Shown here: positions 19,789 to 29,589 of the stretch, one piece after another | How the letters are laid out: every line of letters starts with the position of its first letter | Numbering within the stretch: position 1 is the stretch's first letter | NCBI GenBank assembly: GCA_949287225.1 | Contig: CASEFP010000157.1 | Span: 175-64,174, forward strand | Direction of reading: 5' to 3' | Length of the DNA stretch: 64,000 nucleotides | DNA from: an uncultured Lentisphaeria bacterium | GTDB lineage: Bacteria > Verrucomicrobiota > Lentisphaeria > Victivallales > UBA1829 | The notes under the pieces: model-generated | Database searches by the model: none | What the model was told of the DNA's origin: nothing | Seen by the model: the letters and a program-made list of their open reading frames with translations, nothing else | Made by a program: the position numbers and the translations under genes

Positions 19789-20776
19789 CATTACACTTTC
19801 CGAACTGAAAAAACGTCTGGAGGCACTGCGCGGAAAAGGGAGGATTCTTCTGATGACCCACGAGCGCCCCGACGGCGACGCGGTCGGTTCTCTCTGCGGC
19901 ATGTATTTCATCCTGCGGGAAAACGGCTTTTTCGTGGACGCCCTGCTCCCAGAAGCCGTACCGGACATGTATCAGGACTTTGTCCCGAGCGGCCTTGTCA
20001 CCTCCATCACGACGCTGGGCGTGGAGTGTTATTCACTTCTTATCACGCTGGACGCCTCGACCCGGATGCGGGTCTCCGCGCCGTGCATCCGGGAGGAGGG
20101 AATTCCGATCCCCTGCCTGAACATCGACCATCATCCGGACAACGAACATTACGGCGACGCCAGTTACGTAGTGCCGACTGCGTGCTCGACAGCGGAGATC
20201 GTGCTTTCGATTGCCAAAGCGGCAAACCTGATGATCAGTCCCGTTTCCGCGACGCTGCTTCTGCTCGGCATCACGACGGACTCCGGATGTTTCCGCTTCG
20301 ACAACACCACGCCCGAGGCACTGCGCGCGGCGGCGCGGCTTCTGGAACTCGGCGCGGACCGCGCGCACATCATCCGGAACTGTTATCTTTCCAAGCAGGA
20401 AAACATGGCGCGCTTCGAGGCCGATCTTCTCTGCAACCATCTGAAAAAAGCGTTTGACGGCAGATTCGCATGGTTCTATCTGGACCCGGCGCTGCTGGAT
20501 AAATACGGCGTGGACCTGCGCAATACCGAACAGGTGGTCGAAGCGCTGCGTGCGATCGACGGCCTTGTCGTCGCCGCCGTGATCCGGAAGGAGAAGGAGG
20601 GCTTCAAAGTGTCGCTCCGCTCGAAGTCAAAGCGTGTATCCGTCGGAAAAATCGCACGCCGTCTGAACGGCGGCGGTCACGAAATGGCGGCAGGATGCTC
20701 CATTGACGCACCGACGATCGGGGAAGCCGAACAGATTTTAGCAAATAATGTGGAGATGGAACTCAATGAGAAATAA
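19778..20776 (+). CDS. DHH/DHHA1 family phosphoesterase (NrnA-like oligoribonuclease/pAp phosphatase)
   Basis: Motifs seen: HERPDGDAVGS, NIDHHPDNEH and the DHHA1 motif GGGHEMAAG. It overlaps the rbfA stop by 11 nt. Confidence 0.8.
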   Translation: MSNDITLSELKKRLEALRGKGRILLMTHERPDGDAVGSLCGMYFILRENGFFVDALLPEAVPDMYQDFVPSGLVTSITTLGVECYSLLITLDASTRMRVSAPCIREEGIPIPCLNIDHHPDNEHYGDASYVVPTACSTAEIVLSIAKAANLMISPVSATLLLLGITTDSGCFRFDNTTPEALRAAARLLELGADRAHIIRNCYLSKQENMARFEADLLCNHLKKAFDGRFAWFYLDPALLDKYGVDLRNTEQVVEALRAIDGLVVAAVIRKEKEGFKVSLRSKSKRVSVGKIARRLNGGGHEMAAGCSIDAPTIGEAEQILANNVEMELNEK

Positions 20777-21527
20777 TCCGGCCCGGCACCGCCTTCCGGT
20801 CTTCGACCGCAGCGGCGTGCTTCTTATCAACAAACCCGCGGAATGGACGAGTCACGACGTCGTGGCGTTTGTGCGTTCCCGATTCAACGTGCCGAAAGTG
20901 GGGCACTGCGGCACGCTTGATCCGGCCGCAACCGGCCTGCTGGTCGTGGTTCTTGGAAAATTCACGAAACTCAGCCAGAAATTCAGCGGCGAGGACAAGG
21001 TTTACGAGGGCACGATCCTCCTAGGAAGGGAGACCGATTCCCAGGACATGGACGGTGCCGTGATCCGCGAAAGCGATCCCTCTTCCGTGACGGAACAGAT
21101 GCTCCGCGACACATTCAACACCTTCGTCGGCGACATCGAGCAGATTCCGCCGATGGTCTCCGCGGTCAAGAAGGGCGGCGAGCGCCTCTATGAACTGGCA
21201 CGGAAAGGTCAGGAGATCGAACGCGAGGCGAAACCGATCACGATCCACTTGATCACGCTGGACAAAATCGCGCTGCCGTACGCCGATTTCACCGTCTCGT
21301 GCTCGAAGGGGACCTATGTCCGGACTCTCTGCGCGGATGTCGGCGCAAAACTCGGATGCGGCGCCTGTCTCTACCGCCTGAACCGCCTCAAAAGCGGCGA
21401 ATTCGATCTTGCGAATGCAATAACGATTGAAACGCTGAAAACCTGGACGCAGGACGATCTGAGCAGGCATATTTCCGATTTCCTGCATAAAAAACTGGCG
21501 CAGATGAATCATTTCTCAACGTTTTGA
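20766..21527 (+). CDS. truB: tRNA pseudouridine(55) synthase
   Basis: Catalytic motif GHCGTLDPAATGLLVV. I chose the start at ATG 20766; the ORF-track alternative is 20748. Confidence 0.9.
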   Translation: MRNNPARHRLPVFDRSGVLLINKPAEWTSHDVVAFVRSRFNVPKVGHCGTLDPAATGLLVVVLGKFTKLSQKFSGEDKVYEGTILLGRETDSQDMDGAVIRESDPSSVTEQMLRDTFNTFVGDIEQIPPMVSAVKKGGERLYELARKGQEIEREAKPITIHLITLDKIALPYADFTVSCSKGTYVRTLCADVGAKLGCGACLYRLNRLKSGEFDLANAITIETLKTWTQDDLSRHISDFLHKKLAQMNHFSTF

Positions 21528-21548
21528 TACGGGAAAGGACGGTGACAC

Positions 21549-23168
21549 ATGTCGGAACAAACCAGTGTAAGCGTGATTGAAAAGGCGGTCAATCAGTTCC
21601 TGAAATCCGTGGAACACGCGGAATCCTTTTCCGCAGATGATGCCGTTGCTTTCGTGACAAAAAATACGGCACTGGCGAAAACCGAACGGAAAGAACGGAT
21701 CGTCCGCGATGTCGAACTGATTCTGGAAAGCCGCCAGGATCTCTTTTTCAAGGCGCATACGCACAATGCCGTCTGCTGGAACCGCGCGCCATTCTTCAAA
21801 GGTGCACAGATCAAGATTCTGCCCTCGAAACTGGAAATCAAGGACGGGATCCTGCTTTACGGCGCCCGTTTCGCGCCCTTCTGCTCCGATGAGCTTTTTG
21901 CCGATGAATACCGCCTTTCCGTGAAAGGCACGGGGAAAACGCTGCCAGTCGTCACCTATACGGCGCAGCTCGGGCAGATTGCGCGGACCTTCATGCTGCT
22001 CGGACGCGCGGTGATGCTCGACTGCATTGTGGCGGAGTCCTCCGAAAACTACGAGGCGCTCAAACGCGCCTCCAGCCCGGAAAAGGCGATGGTTTCGGTA
22101 TCCGCCTTTGATCTCGGCGCTTTTTACAAAGAGAACAACTTTACAGAAGGGGATGCGATCATCGCCACTGTCGAGGACTGGCGCAACGGCGTTTTCTCCC
22201 TGGAATACCGTGCAAAAGACGAACTTCCCGACAGGGCGGCGCTCGACGCGTTTCTGACGCAGTTCGAGGAGGCGGTCATCCAGACCTGCGAAGATTACGG
22301 CGAATATCTGGAAATTCCCGATCAGATCGCGCACGCCTATCTCTGCGCTTTCACCGCGGGACATGATCTGCGGAAAAAACCCTGTCTCTCCCTTGATGAA
22401 TATCCGTCGATGATGCGCGACGTGGCGATCCGCCGCGACGATGCGGACTGGGTGCTCGTCCCGCTGGATGAGCTCGCGACCGCCGGCGAATCCGGAAACA
22501 GCGAGGAAGAGGAGCACCGCCGCGAACACGGGGAATGCTCTTGTCACGGGGAACACGCACACTCCTCCGGAACGGAAAAAACGGGCGGACTGCGGATCGA
22601 GGATTTCTCCGCTTCCGCGGGAAAGCTTGATTCAGTTGACGGGATTCTGGAGGAAGTGAACGCGCCGCTGAGCCATTCCGAAATCTATGCCATGATCGTG
22701 GACGACATCGCCAACGGGCAGGACTCCTTCGACTCCTTCTATGAAAAACTCGGGGATATCATGGGCGTGAAATTCATTGACGATGCCCAGGAAGTCACGT
22801 TCCGGAATTTCGTGGAGGACAACTGGGAGGAGGCGCTTGAACACTTCAATCCGGTGGTCGAGGAAGCCAAAACCCCGTTGAGAAGCCGTCTTCTTGAACT
22901 CAACGAACAGCGCATGGAATGTTCCCGCACGCTTCTGGAACGGTATCAGGGAAAAGAGATTCCGCCGCATATCGTCCACCGGATGAAGTCTTTCCATGCG
23001 AAAATCCTGAACACGCTCCGGCTCCTGAATGCCGATTCCGCATTGCCGGAAGGCGAAGAGTATGACATGCTCGAACTGCGGGTCGGTGACATTGAGGAAG
23101 AGTGGGAAACCTTCCAGGAAGAACTGGAAAAAACAGGAATGAACAGCGGAGACGTGTCCCATGGCTGA
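21549..23168 (+). CDS. Hypothetical acidic cytoplasmic protein with a His/Cys-rich patch
   Basis: 539 aa, starting 22 nt after truB on the same strand. Composition is normal and acidic. A central motif reads HRREHGECSCHGEHAHS. The antisense 348-aa ORF has the R/F/G-rich look of a shadow ORF. Confidence 0.6.
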   Translation: MSEQTSVSVIEKAVNQFLKSVEHAESFSADDAVAFVTKNTALAKTERKERIVRDVELILESRQDLFFKAHTHNAVCWNRAPFFKGAQIKILPSKLEIKDGILLYGARFAPFCSDELFADEYRLSVKGTGKTLPVVTYTAQLGQIARTFMLLGRAVMLDCIVAESSENYEALKRASSPEKAMVSVSAFDLGAFYKENNFTEGDAIIATVEDWRNGVFSLEYRAKDELPDRAALDAFLTQFEEAVIQTCEDYGEYLEIPDQIAHAYLCAFTAGHDLRKKPCLSLDEYPSMMRDVAIRRDDADWVLVPLDELATAGESGNSEEEEHRREHGECSCHGEHAHSSGTEKTGGLRIEDFSASAGKLDSVDGILEEVNAPLSHSEIYAMIVDDIANGQDSFDSFYEKLGDIMGVKFIDDAQEVTFRNFVEDNWEEALEHFNPVVEEAKTPLRSRLLELNEQRMECSRTLLERYQGKEIPPHIVHRMKSFHAKILNTLRLLNADSALPEGEEYDMLELRVGDIEEEWETFQEELEKTGMNSGDVSHG

Positions 23169-23484
23169 ATTGCAGGAAATCCTCTCTTTCTGTGTGCAGG
23201 TGCTGTTCACGGCGGGCGTGCTCTGGTCCGCGTTGAAAATCACAAAGACGCAGGGGGATTTTTCAGGAATGCTTCTGATCGCCTTCATCTGCGGGCTGCT
23301 CGGACTTCATCCCGAACCCTGGGGAATGCTCGCCTCCCTGCTGGTGATGTTTCTTCTGATCGCCAAATTCACCTCGGCGAAACTCTTTCCTGAGACCGTC
23401 ATCATCGTGCTGCTCTCATGGATTCTCGGTTTTCTTTCAAAATTCGCTCTCGAATTCGCTGCCAGGATTCTCGTGAAGCAGTAA
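23161..23484 (+). CDS. Small multi-pass membrane protein, hypothetical
   Basis: 107 aa with 3-4 hydrophobic helices. Its start overlaps the upstream stop by 8 nt. Confidence 0.5.
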   Translation: MAELQEILSFCVQVLFTAGVLWSALKITKTQGDFSGMLLIAFICGLLGLHPEPWGMLASLLVMFLLIAKFTSAKLFPETVIIVLLSWILGFLSKFALEFAARILVKQ

Positions 23485-23661
23485 GCGCCTGCTCCTGTTC
23501 AGGTAAAATGCTTTCTTTGTATTCGTGCACTATTACGGCGGAGAAAAACATCCCGCCCCGGCATCTGAGCCGCTTCGTCCGGTGTCCGCGCGCGTATTCC
23601 CTGCATTTTTCTTTCACAGGGCCCCCTCTGCCGAAATAACATTTTTTTAACAATTTCCCCC

Positions 23662-23690
23662 TTGACAAAGACAGGGAAATGGCTTATAAT
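23662..23690 (+). promoter_or_regulatory. Consensus sigma70 promoter of the GntR/DUF1559/LamG operon
   Basis: TTGACA (23662-23667), 17-nt spacer, TATAAT (23685-23690). Confidence 0.65.
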
Positions 23691-23695
23691 ATATG

Positions 23696-23713
23696 TAATT
23701 CATAAATGAATTA
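23696..23713 (+). promoter_or_regulatory. Perfect 8-2-8 palindrome, candidate operator
   Basis: TAATTCAT-AA-ATGAATTA begins 6 nt after the -10 hexamer, overlapping the expected transcription start. It is 19 nt upstream of the regulator's ATG. Confidence 0.45.
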
Positions 23714-23731
23714 GATATTGGACACGCCATT

Positions 23732-24859
23732 ATGTATGACCGCCTCAACAGTGAAAACGGAACGAAAACGGGAAAAGCGCGGAACGCCCTGATCAGCCTG
23801 ATCCGGGACCGGAAACTGGAGCCCGGAGACAAGCTTCCGAATCAGAAGGAACTTGTCTCCATGCTTGGCCTGTCCGCGACCACCGTCATGCGGGCGATCA
23901 ATTCGCTGAAAGACTACGGCTATCTGGATGTGCGCAACAAAGTCGGCGTGTTTCTCAGAAAAGCCGAATGGGACAGTCTGGCGGGACGGACAATCGGGCT
24001 GGCATCCCTCTATCTGGAAGGCAACAGCCCGTTCTACTGCTATCTGATCCTTGCCATTCAAAGCCGTCTGTTGAGGGCTGGATGCAAAACCGTCAGTTTC
24101 TTCCGGCGGGAAAAGGTCGATGAGAGGGATTTCCTCCTCAATGACTGTCTCGGGCTTCCGGACGCCTTGAAGACAAAATCCCTGGACGGGATCATTGACA
24201 TCGGCGGATTCTGCAATGCGTCGCAGAATATTCTGCGCAACAACGGAATCAGTTATACTTACATCGGTTTTTCGGAAAATCCCCCGCCGGGTGTCATCAT
24301 TGACATGGAATTCCAGCTGAAACGCTCCTATGAAGTGCTGCAGGAGAAAGGATGCCGCCGGATCGGGGTGATTCTGCCGGACAATCCGGTCTGCGCGGTG
24401 TTGTTTTCCCTTCTCCCGGAACACCGGAAGAAGAAATCCTCTTCCGCAACAGCGCCGGAGGTCTCTTATTTTGCATCTCCTGCGATTACCGACGGCAGAA
24501 GGCATGCCGCGGCCATTCTGGATATGCCCGTGCGGAAGCGTCCGGACGGATTCATTTTTCTGGATGAATATATCGGCATGGATTTCTGGACGGCAATGAA
24601 GCATGTGCTTCCGGATTACCGGCCGTGGATCGTTTCGGCGAGAAGTCCCCAGGTGCCGATTCCGTGCATAGATGAAAACATCCTCTTCTTCCAGAAGGAT
24701 ATTGACCTGCTTGCGGCGATGGCGGTGGAACACCTCCTGCGCCAGATTCGCGGCGATCATACGGAACACCGCGAAAAATATGCCTGCGGAAATGAATTTG
24801 CGCCCCCCTATCTGGATCAGAAACTGTTTTCCAAATACGCAACAAGCACGAAAGGATGA
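23732..24859 (+). CDS. GntR-type winged-helix regulator fused to a LacI-like sugar-binding domain
   Basis: The N-terminus (LISLIRDRKLEPGDKLPNQKELVSMLGLSATTVMRAINSLKDYGYLDVRNKVGVFL) is a GntR HTH. The remaining ~300 aa look like a periplasmic-binding-protein fold. Confidence 0.8.
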   Translation: MYDRLNSENGTKTGKARNALISLIRDRKLEPGDKLPNQKELVSMLGLSATTVMRAINSLKDYGYLDVRNKVGVFLRKAEWDSLAGRTIGLASLYLEGNSPFYCYLILAIQSRLLRAGCKTVSFFRREKVDERDFLLNDCLGLPDALKTKSLDGIIDIGGFCNASQNILRNNGISYTYIGFSENPPPGVIIDMEFQLKRSYEVLQEKGCRRIGVILPDNPVCAVLFSLLPEHRKKKSSSATAPEVSYFASPAITDGRRHAAAILDMPVRKRPDGFIFLDEYIGMDFWTAMKHVLPDYRPWIVSARSPQVPIPCIDENILFFQKDIDLLAAMAVEHLLRQIRGDHTEHREKYACGNEFAPPYLDQKLFSKYATSTKG

Positions 24860-24862
24860 ATT

Positions 24863-25693
24863 ATGCGGAGAATCTCTTTTACATTGATCGAGCTTCTGGT
24901 CGTTATCGCAATCATAGCGATTCTTGCCGGCATGCTGCTGCCAGCCCTGAACACGGCAAGAGAAAAAGCCCGGAGCATCAGTTGCATCGGGAACATGCGC
25001 CAGGTGAGTTCGGGGCATATTCTCTATCAGAACGATTTTAACGGCTGGTATGTGCCGATGTCGAAGGCGGCTTATACAAAAAACTGGGGCGATGACACCG
25101 ATCAGGTATGGGCGTATCAGTTCTACACTCTCTCCTACCTGAAGAGTCCGAAGCCCTACTACTGCCCGACCTTGTGGAATTACTACACACTGCCTTCGAT
25201 CAAGGGCTCCTCCACTTCGATATTCAATACCTATCAGACAAGTGCAAGCGCCTGGAGAATGGTCGGTTATTCCTACAACGGCTTCTTCGGCGGATGGCAG
25301 AATGCAAATACGGATTATACCGGAATCAGCCGCCTTGCCAAAAACTCCAAAGTCAAACATCCTATGAGAAAACCCGTCCTGATGGAATCGCTGGCGGATT
25401 CCACAGGACTGATATCCACAAGCGACCATTATGCGCTGCATATCTTCAATGGCGGCTGGACAGGCTCTTATAACACCAGTGCGGTCTGGCTCAATTTCGC
25501 TTCTCCGCATGGCAGGAAAAATGTTCTCGCTGACACCCTCCCCGGCGGAAACGGCAACATCGCCTGGGCGGACGGTCACGTCTCCTCGATGAGATGGGCA
25601 AACTATCAGCCGGGCCAGTGGATGAACTGGCATTATTTCCTGCCGGAACCGTATCCGGGGGCCGAGAATGATTACCTTCAGAAAACCTATTAA
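24863..25693 (+). CDS. Prepilin-type N-terminal cleavage/methylation protein, DUF1559-like
   Basis: N-terminus is [47 protein letters not shown]. The C-terminus is [11 protein letters not shown]. It starts 3 nt after the regulator's stop. Confidence 0.8.
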   Translation: MRRISFTLIELLVVIAIIAILAGMLLPALNTAREKARSISCIGNMRQVSSGHILYQNDFNGWYVPMSKAAYTKNWGDDTDQVWAYQFYTLSYLKSPKPYYCPTLWNYYTLPSIKGSSTSIFNTYQTSASAWRMVGYSYNGFFGGWQNANTDYTGISRLAKNSKVKHPMRKPVLMESLADSTGLISTSDHYALHIFNGGWTGSYNTSAVWLNFASPHGRKNVLADTLPGGNGNIAWADGHVSSMRWANYQPGQWMNWHYFLPEPYPGAENDYLQKTY

Positions 25694-25716
25694 TGGAAAG
25701 ATAAGGAAAACATCAG

Positions 25717-28700
25717 ATGAAGAAATTGAGTATTCCAGCGCTATTGTCCTGTTTGATCCTGAGTGCGGCGGAACCGGAAATCTATTTTTCGTTCGACCGC
25801 TCCAGCCGCGCCGATTTCGGGGGAAGCGCGAACTCCCGTCAGGAAATCGCAGGCGCGGAACAGGAACAGGGTGTCTCGGGGAAGCTGATCCGCGGAACGG
25901 ATCAGACGCCCGATAAGATTCTGACGGACGGAATTGCCGGAAAGGCATTGCGGATCGGCAACAGCAGTGACGGGAAAGCGAAACAGACCTGGGAATACCA
26001 GCTGTTTACACCGATTTCCGCGGAGGAGGGCGCCATCTCCTTCTGGGTCCGGCCGGATGACTGGGTTCCCGCGGAAAAGAACTTTCATCATTTCTTCGGA
26101 GCCTCCAGCAGGACGGAACGGATTCTGATCTACAACTATCTGGACAATCAGAATCTGATCTTCCGGTTCGGCAGTCTGGCTTCGGGAAAACCCGCCACCA
26201 CGATTCAGGCGGACATTTCCGGCTGGGAAAAGAAAACCTGGCATCATGTCTGCGCGCTCTGGGACGCAAAAGTCATGGAGCTTTATGTCGACGGGAAGAA
26301 GGCGGCGGAGGCTCCGCGCCGGAATCCGCCCGCGACGACTTTCACGCGCTTTCAGCTGGGAGAATACTGGAGCGGCAATCCCGGGCGCAGTTCACTGGAT
26401 GAGCTGAAAATTTATAAAAAACGCCTTTCCGCCGAGGAGGTCCGCGCCGAATACCTGCGGCATGCGAATCAGGCAACAGGCGGTTCCGCGCCCGTTCAGC
26501 TGGGCGTGGGCTCCGCAAGTGCGGAAATTGACGGCGTGATCGCGCCCGGGGAATACGCGCTTGCCGTCTCCGGAATGAACAACTCCATGAATGCCCCCGT
26601 TCAGTATTCCGCACGGCAGTCCCGCTGTTTCCTCGCCTGGGATTCGGAAAATCTGTATGCAGCGATGGAATCGCCCGCGGAAGAGGGGACCCGATGCACC
26701 CATGAGAAACGCGATGCGAATCTCTGGGAGGATGACGCAGTGGAATTTTTTTTTTCTGAATTCGGCGGAAAGAAAGATTGCTGGCAGTTCATCTTCAACA
26801 GCGGAAAAGGGTTCTATGACGCGAAAAACAGAAACGCGGACTGGCAGAGCAGCGGCGTCCGGTTCGCATCCAGTGTAAAAAAGGGGATCTGGACATTTGA
26901 GTGCGCAATTCCGTGGAGGAATTTCTCCTTCACGCCGGGAGCAGGGAAGACCTTCCGCATCAACTTCTGCCGAGACTTTGCCAGAACAAACAACTGGACC
27001 TGTCTGGCTCCCGGGGATTATTTCGCCGTGCCCTCCTACGCACAGGTCACATTGCTGCCGGACGCTCCATTCCTGGATCTGACGCAGTTCGGGGAACTTT
27101 ACAGCGGTGCGCTCAAAAGCCGGATGACGCTCCGGGGCAGGCAGGACGATACCGTCAAAGCCGGCTTCTCCGTCAAGGCGCCGGTCTTCCCTTTCCGGTT
27201 TGAAGAGAGCTTTCCGCTGACGAAAGGCGCTGTCACGGGGGCTGATATTGCAGGCAAAGTTCCGGACAGCGGCAATCTGGAAATCCTGATCCGGTCCGAT
27301 AAACACGGGATTCTTTACAGGAATCTGATTACCTACAAGAGTCTGCTTCCGGCCCGCCTCTCCTGCATCTATACGGATATTCCCCGGCAGACGCTGGTCA
27401 TGGAGGTGGAGAACACCCGTCTGCAAGGAGGAAAGAATCAGCTCCGCGTCACCATGGAGGATGTCAAAAGCCGCAGGAATGTCTTTGAGCAGACCGTTCC
27501 CGTTCCGGATGATGTCCTGAAAGCGGAACTCAAATATCCCGTTGCCTCCCTGCCGGACGGCGAATATATCCTGCGTTACACCTTCCTCTCCCCGGACGGG
27601 CGGGAAATCTCCCGTGGCGAGGAAGGATATGCGAAATATCCCTCTGTCCGCCCGTGGACAAACTGCCGGGACGGGCTGGACGACATTGTTCCGCCCCCGT
27701 GGACCGCACCGGAAGCCACGGACAACACCTACGTCTGCTGGGGCCGCAGATTCCGCTTCGGAGGAAAGGGCGTGATTGCCTCCATGTCGTCCCTCGGCAG
27801 GGAGCTGCTGGAAGCCCCCGTTCAGCTGCTGTGGAACGGCGAACCTGTAACATTCCACTCCTCAATCAGAAAGCGCGGCAAAGGATATGCCGATTATGTT
27901 CTCGTGCCGGAGAATGAAAAAATCCATGCGGAACTCCTTGTCCGCGCCGAATTCGACGGACTGCTCTGGTTCACGCTGAATCTCCGCCCCGGCGGGGAAG
28001 CGCTCCGCTCCCTGGCGCTGGACATTCCGATGAAACGGGAGAACATCACCGGATTTGACGACTGCTCTTCCATCATGGAGAAGAAAGATCTGCGCAAGGC
28101 CGGAAACGGCGTATTTCACATCAATCCCGCGGAACGGCCTTATTTCTGGTGCGGCGGCGACGATGCGGGACTGATGGGCGGATCCGATACGCGCCGTGGC
28201 TGGCATCTGCGCGACAAAGCGAAAGGCCTGCAGGTCAGCCATCAGGAGAAAACGGTTTCGCTCAGGCTGAACCTGATCGACACGCCGCTGGTTCTGAAAT
28301 CGCCGCGTTCGCTGGAATTTTATCTTCAGCCGACGCCGGTCAAGCCGAAAAACATGCAGATGCGCGGTCTCCGCGCCGGCGAAAACATGATCTGCTGGGG
28401 AGATTACGTCACGCTCTACTTTGCCCACAAGCGCCCGGGGAAATACAGCGAACGCCATCTGAAGTATTTCCGGGAACAGCAGGAAAAACACGGGAAGCGC
28501 GTCTTTTACTACAATGCCCCCAAAGGAGCCTCCCCGGTGTCGCCGGAATGGAATTATTTCGGCCTGGAATGGCACTGTTCCCCGCCGCGCCTGGGGGAAT
28601 ATATGCGCGATGCGCAGACGCCGAACCGTGCGGCTCGCAACAAATATCTCGCCACATTCGCCTGTCTCAACAGCCGGGATTTCTTCGATTTCAAGCTGGA

Positions 28701-29589
28701 TTCGATCAGCGGATTCCTGCGGAATCCCGAATACAAGGTGAGGGACCTTTACTTCGACCTGACCTGGCCGCGTCCCTGCGCCAACCCCGCTCACGGCTGT
28801 CTATGGACGGATGAATTCGGATACCGGCACCGCGACGGGGATCTGAAACAGCTCCGTCTCCTGCTCAAGCGCCTTTACATTCAGATGAAACAGAAGGACC
28901 CGGCCGCCTTGTTCTGCGGGCATACGATCTCCACAAGACTCCCCTCCGATGTCTTTTTCGACACTCTGCTCCTCGGCGAGCTGTATGACCGCCACATCCT
29001 GAACGGGCCCGCCTATTACAATGTGCTCACACCGGATCTGATGCGGATCGCCTACGCCTCGAGAAACAAGGAGATGCAGGTCTGCCTGATCCCGCAGTTT
29101 GAACGTGCACAGAAGCTGTTTGCTCCCGACCGGTATGCGAAATGGAATCCGGAAGCCCCGGAAGCGGACCGCGCCATCTGTCATTATCTCGGCTATCTGC
29201 TGGTGCATGACCTCGGAAGCTGGCCGACGACAAGAAACAATGCCCGGATGAAGGAGTTTTATGCTGCGCGCGACCGTATCGCGGGGCGTTCCGGCACTTA
29301 CACGTTCCATCCCTACTGGAAGGAAGATTCCTCTCCGGTGAAGCCCTCCTTTTTCGGAAAACACTGCATGGTCAGCAGCTTCTCCAATCCGGGCAGGGCG
29401 ACGATCGCCGCACTCAATGATTCCGATCAGAACCAGATGTTCGATTTAACGGTTGACACCGCCCGGCTCGGCATCAGAAACGAGTGCACGGGAACGGAGC
29501 TGATCACGGGACAGAAGGTAGCGCTGCAAAACGGAAAACTTGTTTCGGTGATCGGTCCGCGGGGACTCCGGATCTTTGTATTTGACTGA
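25717..29589 (+). CDS. Large secreted LamG-like + CBM9-like + putative glycoside-hydrolase-like protein
   Basis: 1290 aa with a signal peptide (MKKLSIPALLSCLILSAAEP). A LamG/concanavalin-like segment is present (WHHVCALWDAKVMELYVDGKK...SLDELKIYKKRLSAEEV). A CBM9-like segment follows (NLWEDDAVEFFFSEFGG...WTFECAIPWRNF). The ~800-aa C-terminal region is unassigned. Confidence 0.6.
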   Translation: MKKLSIPALLSCLILSAAEPEIYFSFDRSSRADFGGSANSRQEIAGAEQEQGVSGKLIRGTDQTPDKILTDGIAGKALRIGNSSDGKAKQTWEYQLFTPISAEEGAISFWVRPDDWVPAEKNFHHFFGASSRTERILIYNYLDNQNLIFRFGSLASGKPATTIQADISGWEKKTWHHVCALWDAKVMELYVDGKKAAEAPRRNPPATTFTRFQLGEYWSGNPGRSSLDELKIYKKRLSAEEVRAEYLRHANQATGGSAPVQLGVGSASAEIDGVIAPGEYALAVSGMNNSMNAPVQYSARQSRCFLAWDSENLYAAMESPAEEGTRCTHEKRDANLWEDDAVEFFFSEFGGKKDCWQFIFNSGKGFYDAKNRNADWQSSGVRFASSVKKGIWTFECAIPWRNFSFTPGAGKTFRINFCRDFARTNNWTCLAPGDYFAVPSYAQVTLLPDAPFLDLTQFGELYSGALKSRMTLRGRQDDTVKAGFSVKAPVFPFRFEESFPLTKGAVTGADIAGKVPDSGNLEILIRSDKHGILYRNLITYKSLLPARLSCIYTDIPRQTLVMEVENTRLQGGKNQLRVTMEDVKSRRNVFEQTVPVPDDVLKAELKYPVASLPDGEYILRYTFLSPDGREISRGEEGYAKYPSVRPWTNCRDGLDDIVPPPWTAPEATDNTYVCWGRRFRFGGKGVIASMSSLGRELLEAPVQLLWNGEPVTFHSSIRKRGKGYADYVLVPENEKIHAELLVRAEFDGLLWFTLNLRPGGEALRSLALDIPMKRENITGFDDCSSIMEKKDLRKAGNGVFHINPAERPYFWCGGDDAGLMGGSDTRRGWHLRDKAKGLQVSHQEKTVSLRLNLIDTPLVLKSPRSLEFYLQPTPVKPKNMQMRGLRAGENMICWGDYVTLYFAHKRPGKYSERHLKYFREQQEKHGKRVFYYNAPKGASPVSPEWNYFGLEWHCSPPRLGEYMRDAQTPNRAARNKYLATFACLNSRDFFDFKLDSISGFLRNPEYKVRDLYFDLTWPRPCANPAHGCLWTDEFGYRHRDGDLKQLRLLLKRLYIQMKQKDPAALFCGHTISTRLPSDVFFDTLLLGELYDRHILNGPAYYNVLTPDLMRIAYASRNKEMQVCLIPQFERAQKLFAPDRYAKWNPEAPEADRAICHYLGYLLVHDLGSWPTTRNNARMKEFYAARDRIAGRSGTYTFHPYWKEDSSPVKPSFFGKHCMVSSFSNPGRATIAALNDSDQNQMFDLTVDTARLGIRNECTGTELITGQKVALQNGKLVSVIGPRGLRIFVFD

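Noticed and set aside
21516-22562. 348-aa minus-strand ORF opposite the unassigned 539-aa plus-strand ORF. Neither has a recognisable family, so the coding strand had to be judged.
   Set aside because: The plus-strand ORF is longer and has normal acidic protein composition. It follows truB by 22 nt and is coupled to the next gene. The minus-strand product is R/F/G-rich and shadow-like.
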